DNA from: Octopus bimaculoides
Taxonomy: Eukaryota
DNA length: 64,000 nucleotides
Assembly (NCBI RefSeq): GCF_001194135.2
Contig: NC_068989.1
Span: 38,268,046 to 38,332,045, forward strand
Direction of reading: 5' to 3'
Shown here: positions 37,176-50,569 of the stretch, one piece after another
Layout: every line of letters begins with the position of its first letter
How positions within the stretch are numbered: the first letter of the stretch is position 1
Translations under genes and position numbers: made by a program
Notes under the pieces: generated by a model
What the model saw: only the letters and a program-made list of their open reading frames with translations
Told to the model about the DNA's origin: nothing
Databases searched by the model: none

Positions 37176-40100
37176 CTTTTCTTCAGTGAAAAATGTCTCT
37201 ACATGGTTGTGTAACCTGCTATATATATATATATATATAGCAGGTTATATATATATATATATANNNNNNNNNNNNNNNNNNNNNNNNNNNNNNNNNNNNN
37301 NNNNNNNNNNNNNNNNNNNNNNNNNNNNNNNNNNNNNNNNNNNNNNNNNNNNNNNNNNNNNNNNNNNNNNNNNNNNNNNNNNNNNNNNNNNNNNNNNNNN
37401 NNNNNNNNNNNNNNNNNNNNNNNNNNNNNNNNNNNNNNNNNNNNNNNNNNNNNNNNNNNNNNNNNNNNNNNNNNNNNNNNNNNNNNNNNNNNNNNNNNNN
37501 NNNNNNNNNNNNNNNNNNNNNNNNNNNNNNNNNNNNNNNNNNNNNNNNNNNNNNNNNNNNNNNNTATATATATATATATATATAATATTAGGGATAAAAT
37601 CCCAAATTACAGGTAAAAACTCAATTAAAATCAATTTATTAAAAATTAAAATTAAATTAAGTTTCACAGAGTAAAATATATATAGATATATAGATATATA
37701 TTTTCTATATGTGACAGTGGATTTTCATCGATGAGTTCATGAACCTTGGTTCTTTTCCCTAAAACTATATAGCAGCTAGAACACCCTCTAATCACTGTCA
37801 CAAAAGCTAAGGATACCTCGAAAAATGTAGTTTCAAATGCACTAAATCTGAATGAAAGACATAGTGGTCATGGTTGGAATATCTTTGATCAGTAAGCTGC
37901 TTAATCACAACTGGCCTGGAAATAAACAGCAACTCTGCTATTTATTGAATTTTTTTTACCCTATGAAGGTTTCATAAATTTTGATCAGAAATATATTTGT
38001 TACTTAAAAAAAAGACAAGAATTTAGAAGTATCCCTTAAGGTACCAGAATTAGAAATTATGAAGCTGATATTTCACTGCAACCATTGTGTCATGTTTACT
38101 GTAAAATGGCTCCCAACTTGATTTTACTATAGCATACTTAGCTCCAGGGATAATAAATACTTGTTAAAAAAACATAAATAAATTTACACAATTTTTTTTC
38201 TTGTAAAATTCATAAATTTGTATAAAATCACAAACCATTGTTCCTAGCTATGTTAGTGTGAGAAAACACAAGAAAATGCAAAAAAAAAAAAAGTAAGAAG
38301 TTAAAGTAGCCATATGAATACACTAAATTGTATATTATCATTTTATGAAAAGTTCCAATTCTAATTTTTCAGCATGTGTGTTGTATATGTTTGTCTTTTA
38401 TTACTTTTCATATCTACATATATTTCATATTTCTCTGGATTTGATATGAGATTCATAAATAACAATAAAAAAATTACATAAAAATTCCTAATTTTTTAAT
38501 GTTCTTGTATTTTTTTCTATTCAATTTAACTTTTACATTTTCATTTTGGCTGTCTGTGTATTCAGTGAGAAGCATAACATTGTGATTTTGTATGAAATAT
38601 TTTATCTATCTTCCTCACACGTTTACTTGTATTAATATTCTGTAGCAGGCATGCTTGTGAGCTGATGAATTTGATTAAGGCTACAGTTTGGTGTTTTGTA
38701 TATTTATTTATTATATTATATTATCACCACCAACATTTTAAGATAAAGACAAACATCCCTACATGAAATGTTAAAGTAAATGATGTACAATATGAATGTT
38801 TACAAGGAAGTTAACATTTTTGTTTGTTGTTTTCATCACACTTCCTGTAGTTTAAAATGTTTCTCTGTTTCTGAAAGCAGGGAATGGGATCCTCAGATAT
38901 GCCAGGTTCTGAATATTTCTGGTTTCTTTTGTTGTTATTACTATTTGCAATTTTCGATATTTTTCTCCTTTATTGAATTGTTCAAATGATAATAAAAAAA
39001 ACAGTGGTACTTCCTGGCAGAAATTGTGGAACTTCCCAATGTACATATTCATTGTGGTGTTTTATTCAGCATACAACAGAAGTGGCTTTGCTAACAAAGA
39101 GAGCTCTGTTTGTGTTTGTATGCAAGTTAAATGATACATTCTCACTGAGAAATAGAAGAATTAGTTGCTGTGATTGTTCAGAAATCTGGTTTAGTGTTGA
39201 TAGAACTCTAAGGCTTGGCCTTTCTGTTCAGAGCCATAATATATTTTAGCCTTCAGCCACAATTAACTCTCCACATAGCTCAGGTGAGACTCACAATGAA
39301 ATGCTATTCTGACAGGAAATTGTGCTGCCTCAGACATTTTCCAAGTACACATTAAAAGAAAGGCGTCAACTGATTGGTGTAAAGGCTCTCACCAACACAT
39401 ATTAATCTCTGAGCCACAGATATAGTGATTCTTTTCTTTTTCTCAGTTCTTTCTACAGTTATTATTGTGGCTTTTACTCTTTAGAGTTTGCTAGTCTGGG
39501 GTCGCCTTGATTTGGGCACTCATAACTTACTCATCACTCCTCCTCTTATCCCCCATATAGTGTTCACATTCTCAGGTCTCACACACTGTGCCTATGTGAA
39601 CCACCTTGCCCAAAATGTTGGCCCTCAGATTTCCCACTCTACACATATTTAACTTGTATCTGCAGACTTGCAAATGTTTGAGAAGAACATTGACCTCATT
39701 CATCTCACCAATGTGTGGAGGTCTGAGAAGATTTTGAGTGCAACCCTTATTTCCAGACTAAATCAATAAAATATATAAAAAACTAAACAAAATCAACCAT
39801 TCTTAGTCAATCAGTGTTTGATGGAGAATCATAACATTAATACATTAATGTTTATATGTATGAGTGTGTGTGCGTGTGTGTGTGTGTGTGTCTGCATGCG
39901 TATGAGTGTCTCAATATTTTGACTATTCATTCCAGAATATAAAGTTTTTAATTTATCTTCATCTATTAAAAGGCCGTACATCTAATGGAACACCCTAAGG
40001 ACTATAAACTATTCATAACATTTACTTTAATAGTTGTGGAATCAAGAATGACTTAGCAATGAACTTGGTTGAAATACAGTGTTAGGTTTTATGACTAGCA

Positions 40101-40497
40101 ATTTATTTCCTTAAACCTGTTCAATTTATGCAGAAGAATGTTCAAATTGATATATTTTTGGTATCAAGATTGGAACTGATTTTTTTTTTCTTGTGTGATT
40201 CAAATCTTGCTGAAATTGGTTTAGTCTTCCTTTCATCTTTCTTTTTTATGTCTATAAAATAAGTTCTTGATCAGTTAGATATAATATATTGAACTGGCTT
40301 TATGATTGATATATTGAGAGCTTGTAATAAAACAGCAAGAATTCTTTTGACAGATAGTTTTACTTAATCTTGGAGAGTTTAGAAATAGGTTCATAAAAGT
40401 CTTAAAGGTTTTAACTTTTTTTTTAGCTGTAGCCATCATGTACTGGTATCACATGTTTTCCTGTAACTTTGAACTAATATATACATACAAACACATG

Positions 40498-40529
<32 letters not shown>

Positions 40530-41478
40530 ATAAAGTAAATATATATATATGTATATATATATATATGTATATATATANNNNNNNNNNNNNNNNNNNNNNN
40601 NNNNNNNNNNNNNNNNNNNNNNNNNNNNNNNNNNNNNNNNNNNNNNNNNNNNNNNNNNNNNNNNNNNNNNNNNNNNNNNNNNNNNNNNNNNNNNNNNNNN
40701 NNNNNNNNNNNNNNNNNNNNNNNNNNNNNNNNNNNNNNNNNNNNNNNNNNNNNNNNNNNNNNNNNNNNNNNNNNNNNNNNNNNNNNNNNNNNNNNNNNNN
40801 NNNNNNNNNNNNNNNNNNNNNNNNNNNNNNNNNNNNNNNNNNNNNNNNNNNNNNNNNNNNNNNNNNNNNNNNNNNNNNNNNNNNNNNNNNNNNNNNNNNN
40901 NNNNNNNNNNNNNNNNNNNNNNNNNNNNNNNNNNNNNNNNNNNNNNNNNNNNNNNNNNNNNNNNNNNNNNNNNNNNNNNNNNNNNNNNNNNNNNNNNNNN
41001 NNNNNNNNNNNNNNNNNNNNNNNNNNNNNNNNNNNNNNNNNNNNNNNNNNNNNNNNNNNNNNNNNNNNNNNNNNNNNNNNNNNNNNNNNNNNNNNNNNNN
41101 NNNNNNNNNNNNNNNNNNNNNNNNNNNNNNNNNNNNNNNNNNNNNNNNNNNNNNNNNNNNNNNNNNNNNNNNNNNNNNNNNNNNNNNNNNNNNNNNNNNN
41201 NNNNNNNNNNNNNNNNNNNNNNNNNNNNNNNNNNNNNNNNNNNNNNNNNNNNNNNNNNNNNNNNNNNNNNNNNNNNNNNNNNNNNNNNNNNNNNNNNNNN
41301 NNNNNNNNNNNNNNNNNNNNNNNNNNNNNNNNNNNNNNNNNNNNNNNNNNNNNNNNNNNNNNNNNNNNNNNNNNNNNNNNNNNNNNNNNNNNNNNNNNNN
41401 NNNNNNNNNNNNNNNNNNNNNNNNNNNNNNNNNNNNNNNNNNNNNNNNNNNNNNNNNNNNNNNNNNNNNNNNNNNNNN

Positions 41479-41511
<33 letters not shown>

Positions 41512-41630
41512 ATATGTCTATACATTTGAGAGAGTAGTGATTTGTTTATGCTATTACACAGTTGTCTGCAACTTTCCTTGCATTATAATGGTTTAAGATA
41601 GAAATAGGTTCCATCTGTACCATTTATACA

Positions 41631-42359
41631 TATAGGAAATATATTTTTGCAATTGCAAATTCAAAACTTTGTCCTGGGGTAATCAAGGAAAGAATGATAT
41701 ATTTAAAACTTTTTTTTTTAAATGAAAGCTATAACCAAAGGAATAAGAGTTTGAAAAGCTAAAATCTGAAAAATAACAAAATATTTTGTCACAGAGAACA
41801 CTTTGGTGAAATTAATGTAACAGCATCAACCATGCTCAAATGGACCTTATTATGTGCCACCAGCATGAGTGCCAGTCAGGTGGCACTGGCATCAGTCATG
41901 CTCAAATGGTGCTTTTTACATGCTGTCATGTGCATACATGCATATATATGTGTGAATACGTGCGTATATGTAAGTATTCGTATGTTGTATATACATACAT
42001 ATATTTGTAGTTATGTACTATTTTGCGTGTATTCCACTGATGAGGCAAATCATTTCTTATGCAAAGCCAGAAATCCGAGATCTGGAATTATCCAATAATT
42101 GTTGTTAGTTTATTTTGTCTCTTTGTCTTCTCTCCTGGTGCTGTATGATCATTTAATGTGGTTTTATAGGAAATATATTTTTGCAATTGTAAATTCAAAA
42201 CTTTGTCCTGGGGTAATCAAGGAAACAATGATATATTTGTAACTTTTTATCTTTAAAATGAAAGCTATGACCAAAGGAATAATAATTTGAAAAACTAAAA
42301 TCAGAAAAATAACAAAATATTTTCTAACAGAGAACACTTCAGTGAAATTAATGTAACAG
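41631..42359 (+). repeat. Local direct repeat of about 194 bp (41631-41823 and 42165-42359) flanking a 341-bp composite insert
   Basis: TATAGGAAATATATTTTTGCAATTG...GTGAAATTAATGTAACAG occurs twice with scattered mismatches. The insert comprises an RTE-UTR fragment, a TA/TG tract and a hammerhead-bearing segment. Confidence 0.9.
42031..42088 (+). ncRNA. Type-I hammerhead-ribozyme-like motif P5, the most complete in the window
   Basis: ATTCCA CTGATGA GGC..19 nt..GCC A GAAA TC-CGA-GA TC TGGAAT. Perfect 6-bp stem I, intact CUGAUGA and GAAA, AUC triplet (cleavage predicted after 42082). One extra A precedes GAAA. Confidence 0.6.
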
Positions 42360-43396
42360 TAAACAATGTTGTTGGTGGTGGGTCAAATGGGTCAAACTAA
42401 TCAGACCTATGATCAATGGTATACTAATCATGATAACCTTGTCCTTTTTATTTCCATGCATTGTGTATGTGTCTATCACTACATTATTGAATTTTTCTTT
42501 CCTGTTTTAACATAATAGGTTGGGATTAGAGAAAAAATTTAGCTGTTATTTCAAGCAGATCAAGCATACATATATAGAGATTCTCCCATGTTTGATTGTA
42601 GTAGTTTTACATCAAGCATTTATGTAAAATTGATAAGATTCCAATTTAAAAATATCTCATGATACACCCAAAATTTTTTATGTATCCTGGAGGTAGATGA
42701 ATTGATGTGAGATGGTGGAAGTGAACTGAATGAGTGCAGATATGGTTGAAGTGGTTCAAAAGTTTGCTTCAGGACCATGAGGTCTCAGATTCAGTCTCAT
42801 CATATGGCATCTTTGGCATGTACTTTACCAAAGTTTCAGATTAATCTAAGTCTTGTGAGTGAAACCAGAAAGATAAAAATCGTGTTGGAACCTGTCAAAT
42901 GGATTTTACTTGTTAAAAAAAAAATCCCAGCTCTGTCACACTTGTATCATGCTGATTCTTCCAAAGAATTACATTAAAGGTACGTGTATCTGTGGAAAAC
43001 TCACCCACTTTGCACCCTATTTCAATCAACTGGTTGTCCAGTTGCTTAAACACTTGGATGCTCATATGTCAAAAAGCAAACAATATTAATGAAAGAGAAA
43101 ATTGAATTAGTTTAAATCATCATCAAGGTTTCAATATCCACTTTTTTATGCTTGATTTAGTTAGATAGGATACTTTGGGAAAAATTTTCAATAGCTGGAT
43201 GTCCTTTTTGTTGACTTTCACCTGTTTCCAAGCAAGGTAATATTTCCACATTGCCAGATGTGTTACAGAAAATTGAAAATGAATGACACTGCTTGCATGA
43301 CACAGTGAAATTCATTTACAACTATCACACAATGTCAAAAGAAGGTGACACTAATGACCCCCACCCAACCACATGCATAGATACACACACTACACA

Positions 43397-43429
<33 letters not shown>

Positions 43430-43440
<11 letters not shown>

Positions 43441-43620
43441 ACATGACAGGCTGACTTGTTTTAGTTTCTATCTACCAAATCTGATAACCATGTTTTGGTC
43501 AGTCCAGGGTGATAATAGACATTTGTTTGTGATGACTGGCAGTGGGATTGAACCCTGTAACCACATAGCTAGGAAAATAATTTCTTAACTTCACAACCAT
43601 ACATGCAGCTACACAGCTGT
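43430..43620 (-). mobile_element. Diverged SINE family A
   Basis: GTTTCTATCTACCAAATC...GGGATTGAACCC...AACCACATAGC is the reverse complement of the family-A 5' part. Confidence 0.65.
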
Positions 43621-44044
43621 CTGCAAAAAGCCATTTGGGTTTGCATAGAATAATAATGGATGTGCAGATACAAAAGATGACAATACTCTACAGGTTGTTA
43701 TTTGGTGGTGTGGGTAAGCTTGAGAAGACCTATAGCACACACGTTATTATCTAGAAGATTGCTTACTGTTGTCAGTCTGTTGTATGACAATGAGGTATAC
43801 TTTTTCATAATGTTGTTGCTGTTTAGTTAAGCATGATCATATATATATATGGTCTTCGAAACGTCTAGATAGAATAGAGACAGCTGATGAAGGGATATTC
43901 CAAGGGGCTTTCCGTTTTCCTATGTGTTCGTTCCGTTGTCTGTAGTTTATTGTTCTAACGTCCTGTACCCTGATATGCATGTATATACACATGTAGATGT
44001 AAGTATGTACATATATGTGTGTATACATGTATATATATTCTTTG

Positions 44045-44082
<38 letters not shown>

Positions 44083-46199
44083 NNNNNNNNNNNNNNNNNN
44101 NNNNNNNNNNNNNNNNNNNNNNNNNNNNNNNNNNNNNNNNNNNATATATATGATCAACAGCATTCACTCAATGACCATTCTCTCTTTTCTCTAGGACTAC
44201 CATTGTCTAATATCTTTCTCTTTCTTTTTAAGACTTTAGGACATTATTTGAAGAGGATTTCGTTGCTATTTCTAGGTCTCAGAGTGGCTCAGCAGTGGAA
44301 GTCAGTATGAATATAATACATTTTCATTTTGTTGGGAGTTTTTTTTTTAACTGATATATCTTGCTCACATTATTATGAGAGCAAGATAAATCTTGTTCAC
44401 ATATCACCAAAGCAGGGAAGACCTACAGATTTAAATAATGGTGATAGTGGTGAAGGATATCGAAATTTGAAGCACATAATATAGCATAAAAACTGATGTT
44501 TTCATACAAAGTTCATAGAAGGTAGTTCTCATAAGATATTGCAAATTGTAGAATGTTGGTGGCATTAATTGCTATTAGCCAGATTACAGTGAAATATTAT
44601 GCAATTAGTGGGTTTACTTGGATGGACTTCAGTCAAATAGGAAAGAAATTATATGAAGCAAATGAGTACCACTTAACACATTTAAAAAAGTTACTGTTAA
44701 CACCTTGTAATTAAATCATTTCTTCTCTTATTTTACAAAACGCATATGTTAAATTCTAACACCAAAGCAGCCAAACTTAGAGTAATGTTTTAAATATTTT
44801 CCCTTTATGAACCCATTTCAGATATTGAACTGGAATTGATTCTAGATTCTATGGAATTAGTTAAAACTCTGTGGAGGTGTTAGTGGTAGTCCAGTATCTG
44901 GTTTAACACCTCCACTAGCTCCTAATATGTCTTTAATATGCAAGCATTTGAACTAGGTCTCTGTTCTAACTTAGTGTGTTACTTGATATACTGCTGTAAG
45001 CTATGAATTGAAGGTTTTTCCTTTCTTACCAATTATTATCAGAGGTACTGCAAAAATCTGTGGGCACAGTCCTTCTAAGACCTAAAAATAAATATGTGAA
45101 TGTGTTCATTCTTTAATATGAGTTTTGCTACTACTGCTTCATTGCAGATTTATTGTCAAGAATCACTAAAAAACTTTGTCAAAATATCTAGTAAGCTCAC
45201 AAGTGTTATACATCCATATTTTGATAGATTATTGATGTTTATTTAAATGTAATTTCTCCACATTTATCAAAATTAATTGCACACTTTAATGTCATTTGTT
45301 CATCCTATGTCAGCTTTTTTTTTAAACATGTTCATTCTTTGTGGTCATATTGGATTACCATCCTAAGCCCATTTATATAAATTGATGGTAATTTAACATG
45401 CTGGCATCATCTGACTTTTAAAGCAAGATGCTAACAATTACTATAACTGGTATTCAAATGAATTTTATTGTTATAATTAGTCAAGATTACAAAGGAGTAA
45501 GTTAAATGCAATGGTTCCTCAATGAAATTGTTATTTGCTTGTTAGAATATCTTGATTATTAAATATTTTTGCTACAGCGATTGAAGACACTGGTTGCGAT
45601 CAGTATCAACGAGAATTATATATTAAAGTTTGTGAGTTTCTATCTACAGAAGAGGATACCAATGTTTCTAGACTAAACATTCCTCAGAAAAAGAAAATGA
45701 TATTTTTCTTTCCTTTATTTCCCCTTTTAGGATTCTTTCTTTCTTTTCCTTTTCCTTATGATATTTTGTTTTTCCAATGTCAGATGAAAGGTTAGTTTTG
45801 AAATGAAGAATCAATATTCTCTTCTGCTCATACCATATAAACTTGTATGAACGTCATTATATTATAATGCTGTTACCTGGCCATAAATGTTTCCTATGAT
45901 TAGCTATTCTATTCAAAATAAGATTTCTGCCTAATGTTACCCACAGAAAAAAAAAAATCTCAAAATAACACAGAATAACAAATTTTTAATGAGTAACATT
46001 AGGGAAGTGGGGAAATATTGATAGAAAATGTAAGAAAATATTATCTAGCATATTTTGAATGTTATGATCATTAAATGAGTTTATTGAATCCATTTATTCC
46101 TTTTTAGCAGCTGCTTTGTTACAGAGGAAAGTAAAAAATTTAATCTGGTTTGAAATTAACAAGCTTTTCGAATTGGGAAAACTGAACTGCAAGGAAATA

Positions 46200-46370
46200 T
46201 ATAGCTGTGTGTGATTAAGAACAGTTTTCTTCTCAAACACATAGTTCCAGGTTCAGTTCCACTGTGCAAGAACTTGGGCAAGTGTCTCTTACTATAGTCT
46301 CAAGCTTATGAAGGTAATGTGTGTGGATTTGTTGAAAAGAAACTGAAAGTAAGCTAACATGCCTATATAA
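46200..46370 (+). mobile_element. SINE family A 5' part
   Basis: CACATAGTTCCAGGTTCAGTTCCACTG..CTTGGGCAAGTGTCT..GAAACTGAAAG. Confidence 0.75.
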
Positions 46371-47680
46371 TCTCATACAAGTCCATACATACATATGTGC
46401 ATGCATACACCTTCTTCACTACTGCCTGTTAAATATGTTCTAAGCGACTACTATTTCTAGCAGGGTGAGTGATTATGTAAGGCACCCTTGTTGGTGAGCA
46501 ATATGATTGCACATATGCCTCAAATGTAATAGTTCTTTTCTTAGTTTTTTATTACATTTTCTCTCTGCATTTATGGCTTCAGAAGCAGAGTCATTTTTTC
46601 TTCATAGTTATTGTTATTTCCTCAACAATTATGGCTTCAGAAGTAGAAAAATCAGTTTTAAAATTACAAATTAACAGCTCCATAATTTAAAAAGTTATTT
46701 TCTGAGATGGCCGGTATTTTGGACATATTTTCACTGGAATCAATTTACGTCGATCAAAGTCAGTCTATGAAGCTGAAATTATTTAATGGCACTTGAAGGT
46801 GACTTGCAGCTGCACTGTAACCTAATATTAGCAGTAAAGAAATATATGAATGATACAATCCTTACTAGAGGACCTCTTCCTTCTAAAAAAGAAAGAAAAT
46901 AATAATTATAAATATAAAAACTACAATACAATGAGGCTGTATTATTTGTCTAGCTTTAAATTATGTTAGTTTTAATAATACTTAGTAACATAATTGACAA
47001 GAATGATAATAATTACTTTCAGAACTAGCAGAACTTTTTGGTTACAGCAGCAAATAAATTACAAATCATGGATACCATTTACTGCTTGCTTGGTTCAGTG
47101 GTAAACTTTATAGTTACTGTCATAATTTAACACCATCTAAAGAAAGAGCCTCTTCATGGCCTCTTCCCATTCTAAAAATAGTAGCCAAAGTTTTAGCCAT
47201 CTTAAAAGTGGGAAAAATACATTAGATAATACAGTCCTTAAACATCCTTAAAATGACAGGATTGTTACAGTGAGATTGTTTTCAGTTAGGTTACTTTGAT
47301 CAAAAATGATATGAAGACTTAAAAACAACAACCAATCTTTTTAAAACCAGATTTTATTTTTAAATAATTGGCTGAGACATATTTTCATATTCATTTATGG
47401 ATTTCATTTCAGGAAACCTTATGAAAAAATATTAAATTCCAACTTAAACAAAGAACAGGTTGTTAGATTACCTATCTTCTCCTGCCCAATATTTTACTTA
47501 GTACCATACTAATATATTCATATCTATATCTATTTACTTTCCAGTATATTTTATATTTTCATGTAATAGTTCGACATATTTAGATATTTTCATATGTGGA
47601 ATCTTATGGATTTGAAACCTGAAGGGGACTGTTCATTCCCTCATGAATTTGGAGTGTTGTTAGTTTATTACATTTGGATG

Positions 47681-48090
47681 ATTGGACATGAAACTCGGCT
47701 TGCGAAGACCTGTTGGGGCAAGCGAAAGTGAAATCGTGATGGCACCTGTGCCCAGCGTTGCCTCCCTGGCACTTGTGCCGGTGGCACGTGTAAAGACTTT
47801 TGAGCGAGATCATTGCCAGTGCCACTGGACTGGCTCTTGTGCAGGTGGTACGTAAAATACACCATTTTGAGCATGGCCATTGCCAGTACTGCCTGACTGG
47901 CTTTTGTGCCGGTGGCACATAAAAGCACCCACTATACTCTCGGAGTGGTTGGTATTAGGAAGGGCATCCAGCCGTAGAAACTCTGCCAAATCAGATTGGA
48001 GCCTGGTTTAAACATCTGGTTCACCAGTCCTCAGTCAAATAGTCCAACCCATGCTAGCATGGAAAGTGGACGTTAAACGATGATGATGAT
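47681..48090 (+). mobile_element. 5'-truncated RTE LINE 3' UTR ending in (GAT)n
   Basis: Matches 61400-61952. Its GATGGCACCTGTGCCCAGCG variant is shared with the 53.2-53.5 kb copy. Confidence 0.9.
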
Positions 48091-48465
48091 AGTGTTGTGA
48101 TGTGCCTTACTTAAACTCAACTACTATCTTCCATTTCATTCAATACTTCATATTCTCTAACTAAAGGGAGCCTCTGGAGTGAATGAGATCTCATGATCTT
48201 TGAGAAGCAATAGTCAATTATTTTTCATATCACACCTTTGTTTCCAAACATAAACATAAAAATAAAATAAATGTGGTGTCATTGATCGTATGATCCTATA
48301 GATATTGCATAAAACAAAACTATATTTGAAAGTAAGTTAGAAAATCTTTGATCAAACCTTTGATCCAAGTTGACTTGAGGTTAACAAACTACAAGCCCAC
48401 TCCTTAAGATCATGTGCAATCTACAATCCTAACTATATATGTACACACATGCTCTCTCTCTCTCG

Positions 48466-48547
<82 letters not shown>

Positions 48548-49142
48548 AACTCACTCATTCTCTCTCTCTCACATACACACAAACTCACACTCTCACACAT
48601 ACACTCTTTCTAACACATTCACTCTCTTTCTTTCTCACTCAGACACACACACGCACACACACATACACAGCAAAGTACACTTTGTTGTGTATTAGGTTTT
48701 TTTTGTTTCTAAATATCCATTTGTTTCTCCATGAATGAAGCTAGTTTTATAAATCTGAATATCTTCAATTTTTTATAGTTGTAGTTATTTCATCTGAACA
48801 TCTAAGCTAGTGAAAAAGCCTTCCAGTGATCAAACCATGCCATACCATCTTAAAGAGAATATTGGGTTATAAAGTCTGGAGTATATTATACCTTAAAAAA
48901 GATCATGCCTTTGGTCATAGGTTTCACTCACGGCTGATCTGGGGCTCAGCAACAATATCCAACTACTATGTCTCACTTCCAACTAATATGTCTCACATGA
49001 GGTGGCGGAAGCTTCAGTGAAAGAGTTCTTCAACCTGAAGAATAAGAACAGGTATCAGTGTGGGATCAAAAAAACTGGAAGAAAGGTGATTTCAAGTGGT
49101 GCAACATAATAGCTTCTACTCTGAATATTGCAAAATGTTTGA

Positions 49143-49218
49143 TTCTTCTTCTTCTTCTTCTTCTTCTTCTTCTTCCTCCTCCCCCTCCTCCTACTCCTCC
49201 TCCTCCTCCTCCTCCTCC
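49143..49218. repeat. (TTC)n/(TCC)n microsatellite at the 3' end of the R4-type element
   Basis: Directly read. Confidence 0.95.
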
Positions 49219-50518
49219 CTGATTATTCTGGCCATGCAAAGGAGGCAAACCTTTTGTAACAGTTCTACTGGGTACTCTGTTCCAATTTCCTTTATATTCC
49301 CTGTGATGCCTTCTGATACTGACCCCAAGGACCCAATAATAATTGGTACTATCTTCACCTTCATTTTCCTTAGCTGGGCTATTTCGTACTTAAAAAGGTT
49401 GTATTTATCTATTTTTTTGCCTTCCTTCTTGACTATTCGTGAGTCAAAGGAGCGGGCAACATCAGCTATATAGTACATGTGTTGCACCTTGTCCACCACC
49501 ACTAGGTCCGATCTGTTATGTTCTAACACCTGATCTGTTTGGATTGGGAAATACCAGAGGATTTTGCTAGTCTCCGACTCTGCCACTCTCTGCTGTTTGT
49601 GCTCATACCATGTCTTGCCTCTCTCTAGCTCCCTCTTTTCGCAGTTTCCAATGTAGCATTTTCACTACTTGATCATGTAGCCACAACTAGTAGTGGTTTT
49701 GGGCAAACCTAGGGCATTCGTTCATGATATGGGCAATGGTTTCATCCACTCTATTGCAGATGCAGCACAGCAGAGACACTTGTTCATTCCTATCTGTATG
49801 TTTTGGCATATCTCAAAGTATGGTTGCTTTCTCATTTTCTGTGATCTTTTCTGGCATGTGCCTATACCATCTTTTTTCTGTTATTCCATAGTGTTGGCAT
49901 CGCTTCCAGTGTATATAGTTCCCAACTCCGTCGTGTCCATGAATACATTCTTTCATAGCCAGGACTGGGCAGCCAGAGACAATATGATTTATTGTTTCTT
50001 CTTCATCTCCACATATTCTCCAGTTACTTGTATTTCTTTTCATTGCATATTTTTGATGATTTCTGGTGGGAAGGCTTTGATCTTGTGTTGCAATTAAAAG
50101 TCCTTCAGTCTCAACTTTGAGTCCTGAGCTTCTCAACCATTGTTGGGATTTTGCTTTGTCTATTTCTTTAACCTGGTGTTTGCCATGAAGGAGCTTTTCT
50201 TGCCATCGTTTTATCATGATGCATTGCTGTTCCAGTTTTTGTTTGGATTTCAGTTGTTTACAGCTTTTGTTGTTTCTTCTTTTTCGTCATAGTTCTTAGG
50301 AACTATAACATCCTTTTTTATATTTGTCAGCTTCCTTAAAGACTGAAGACAGTTTTTTTTGTTTTGTTCATATTTTGTGACTATTTGTATTAGTTTTCCT
50401 TGCTTCTGAAGTAGGTATTTCTGTAATCCTATAGTGGTTGTTTTGTAATAGTTTTCTAGCTGTATAAGGCCTCTACTAACTTTGATATGTTTTATGTCAG
50501 ATTTTGGGTGGTGCAATA

Positions 50519-50520
<2 letters not shown>
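49219..50520 (-). mobile_element. R4/Dong-clade non-LTR retrotransposon remnant (RT thumb, CCHC knuckle, restriction-like endonuclease), made of two segments
   Basis: Minus-strand frames give HHPKSD..RGLIQLE; QWLRSSGLKVETEGLLIATQDQSL; RICGDEEETINHIVSGC; GHD; WY.H; ILW; HNRSDLVVVDK; YIADV; KIDKY; VPIIIGSLG. Multiple stops and frameshifts. 5' end abuts (TAA)n at 50521-50556. Confidence 0.9.
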
Positions 50521-50556
<36 letters not shown>

Positions 50557-50569
50557 GATACTTTTATGG

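Noticed and set aside
43858-43900. GAAACGTC followed by CTGATGA (permuted hammerhead order)
   Set aside because: No stem I can form between the bases after GTC and those before CTGATGA. Possibly a deleted PLE-type repeat, but not supportable as a ribozyme.
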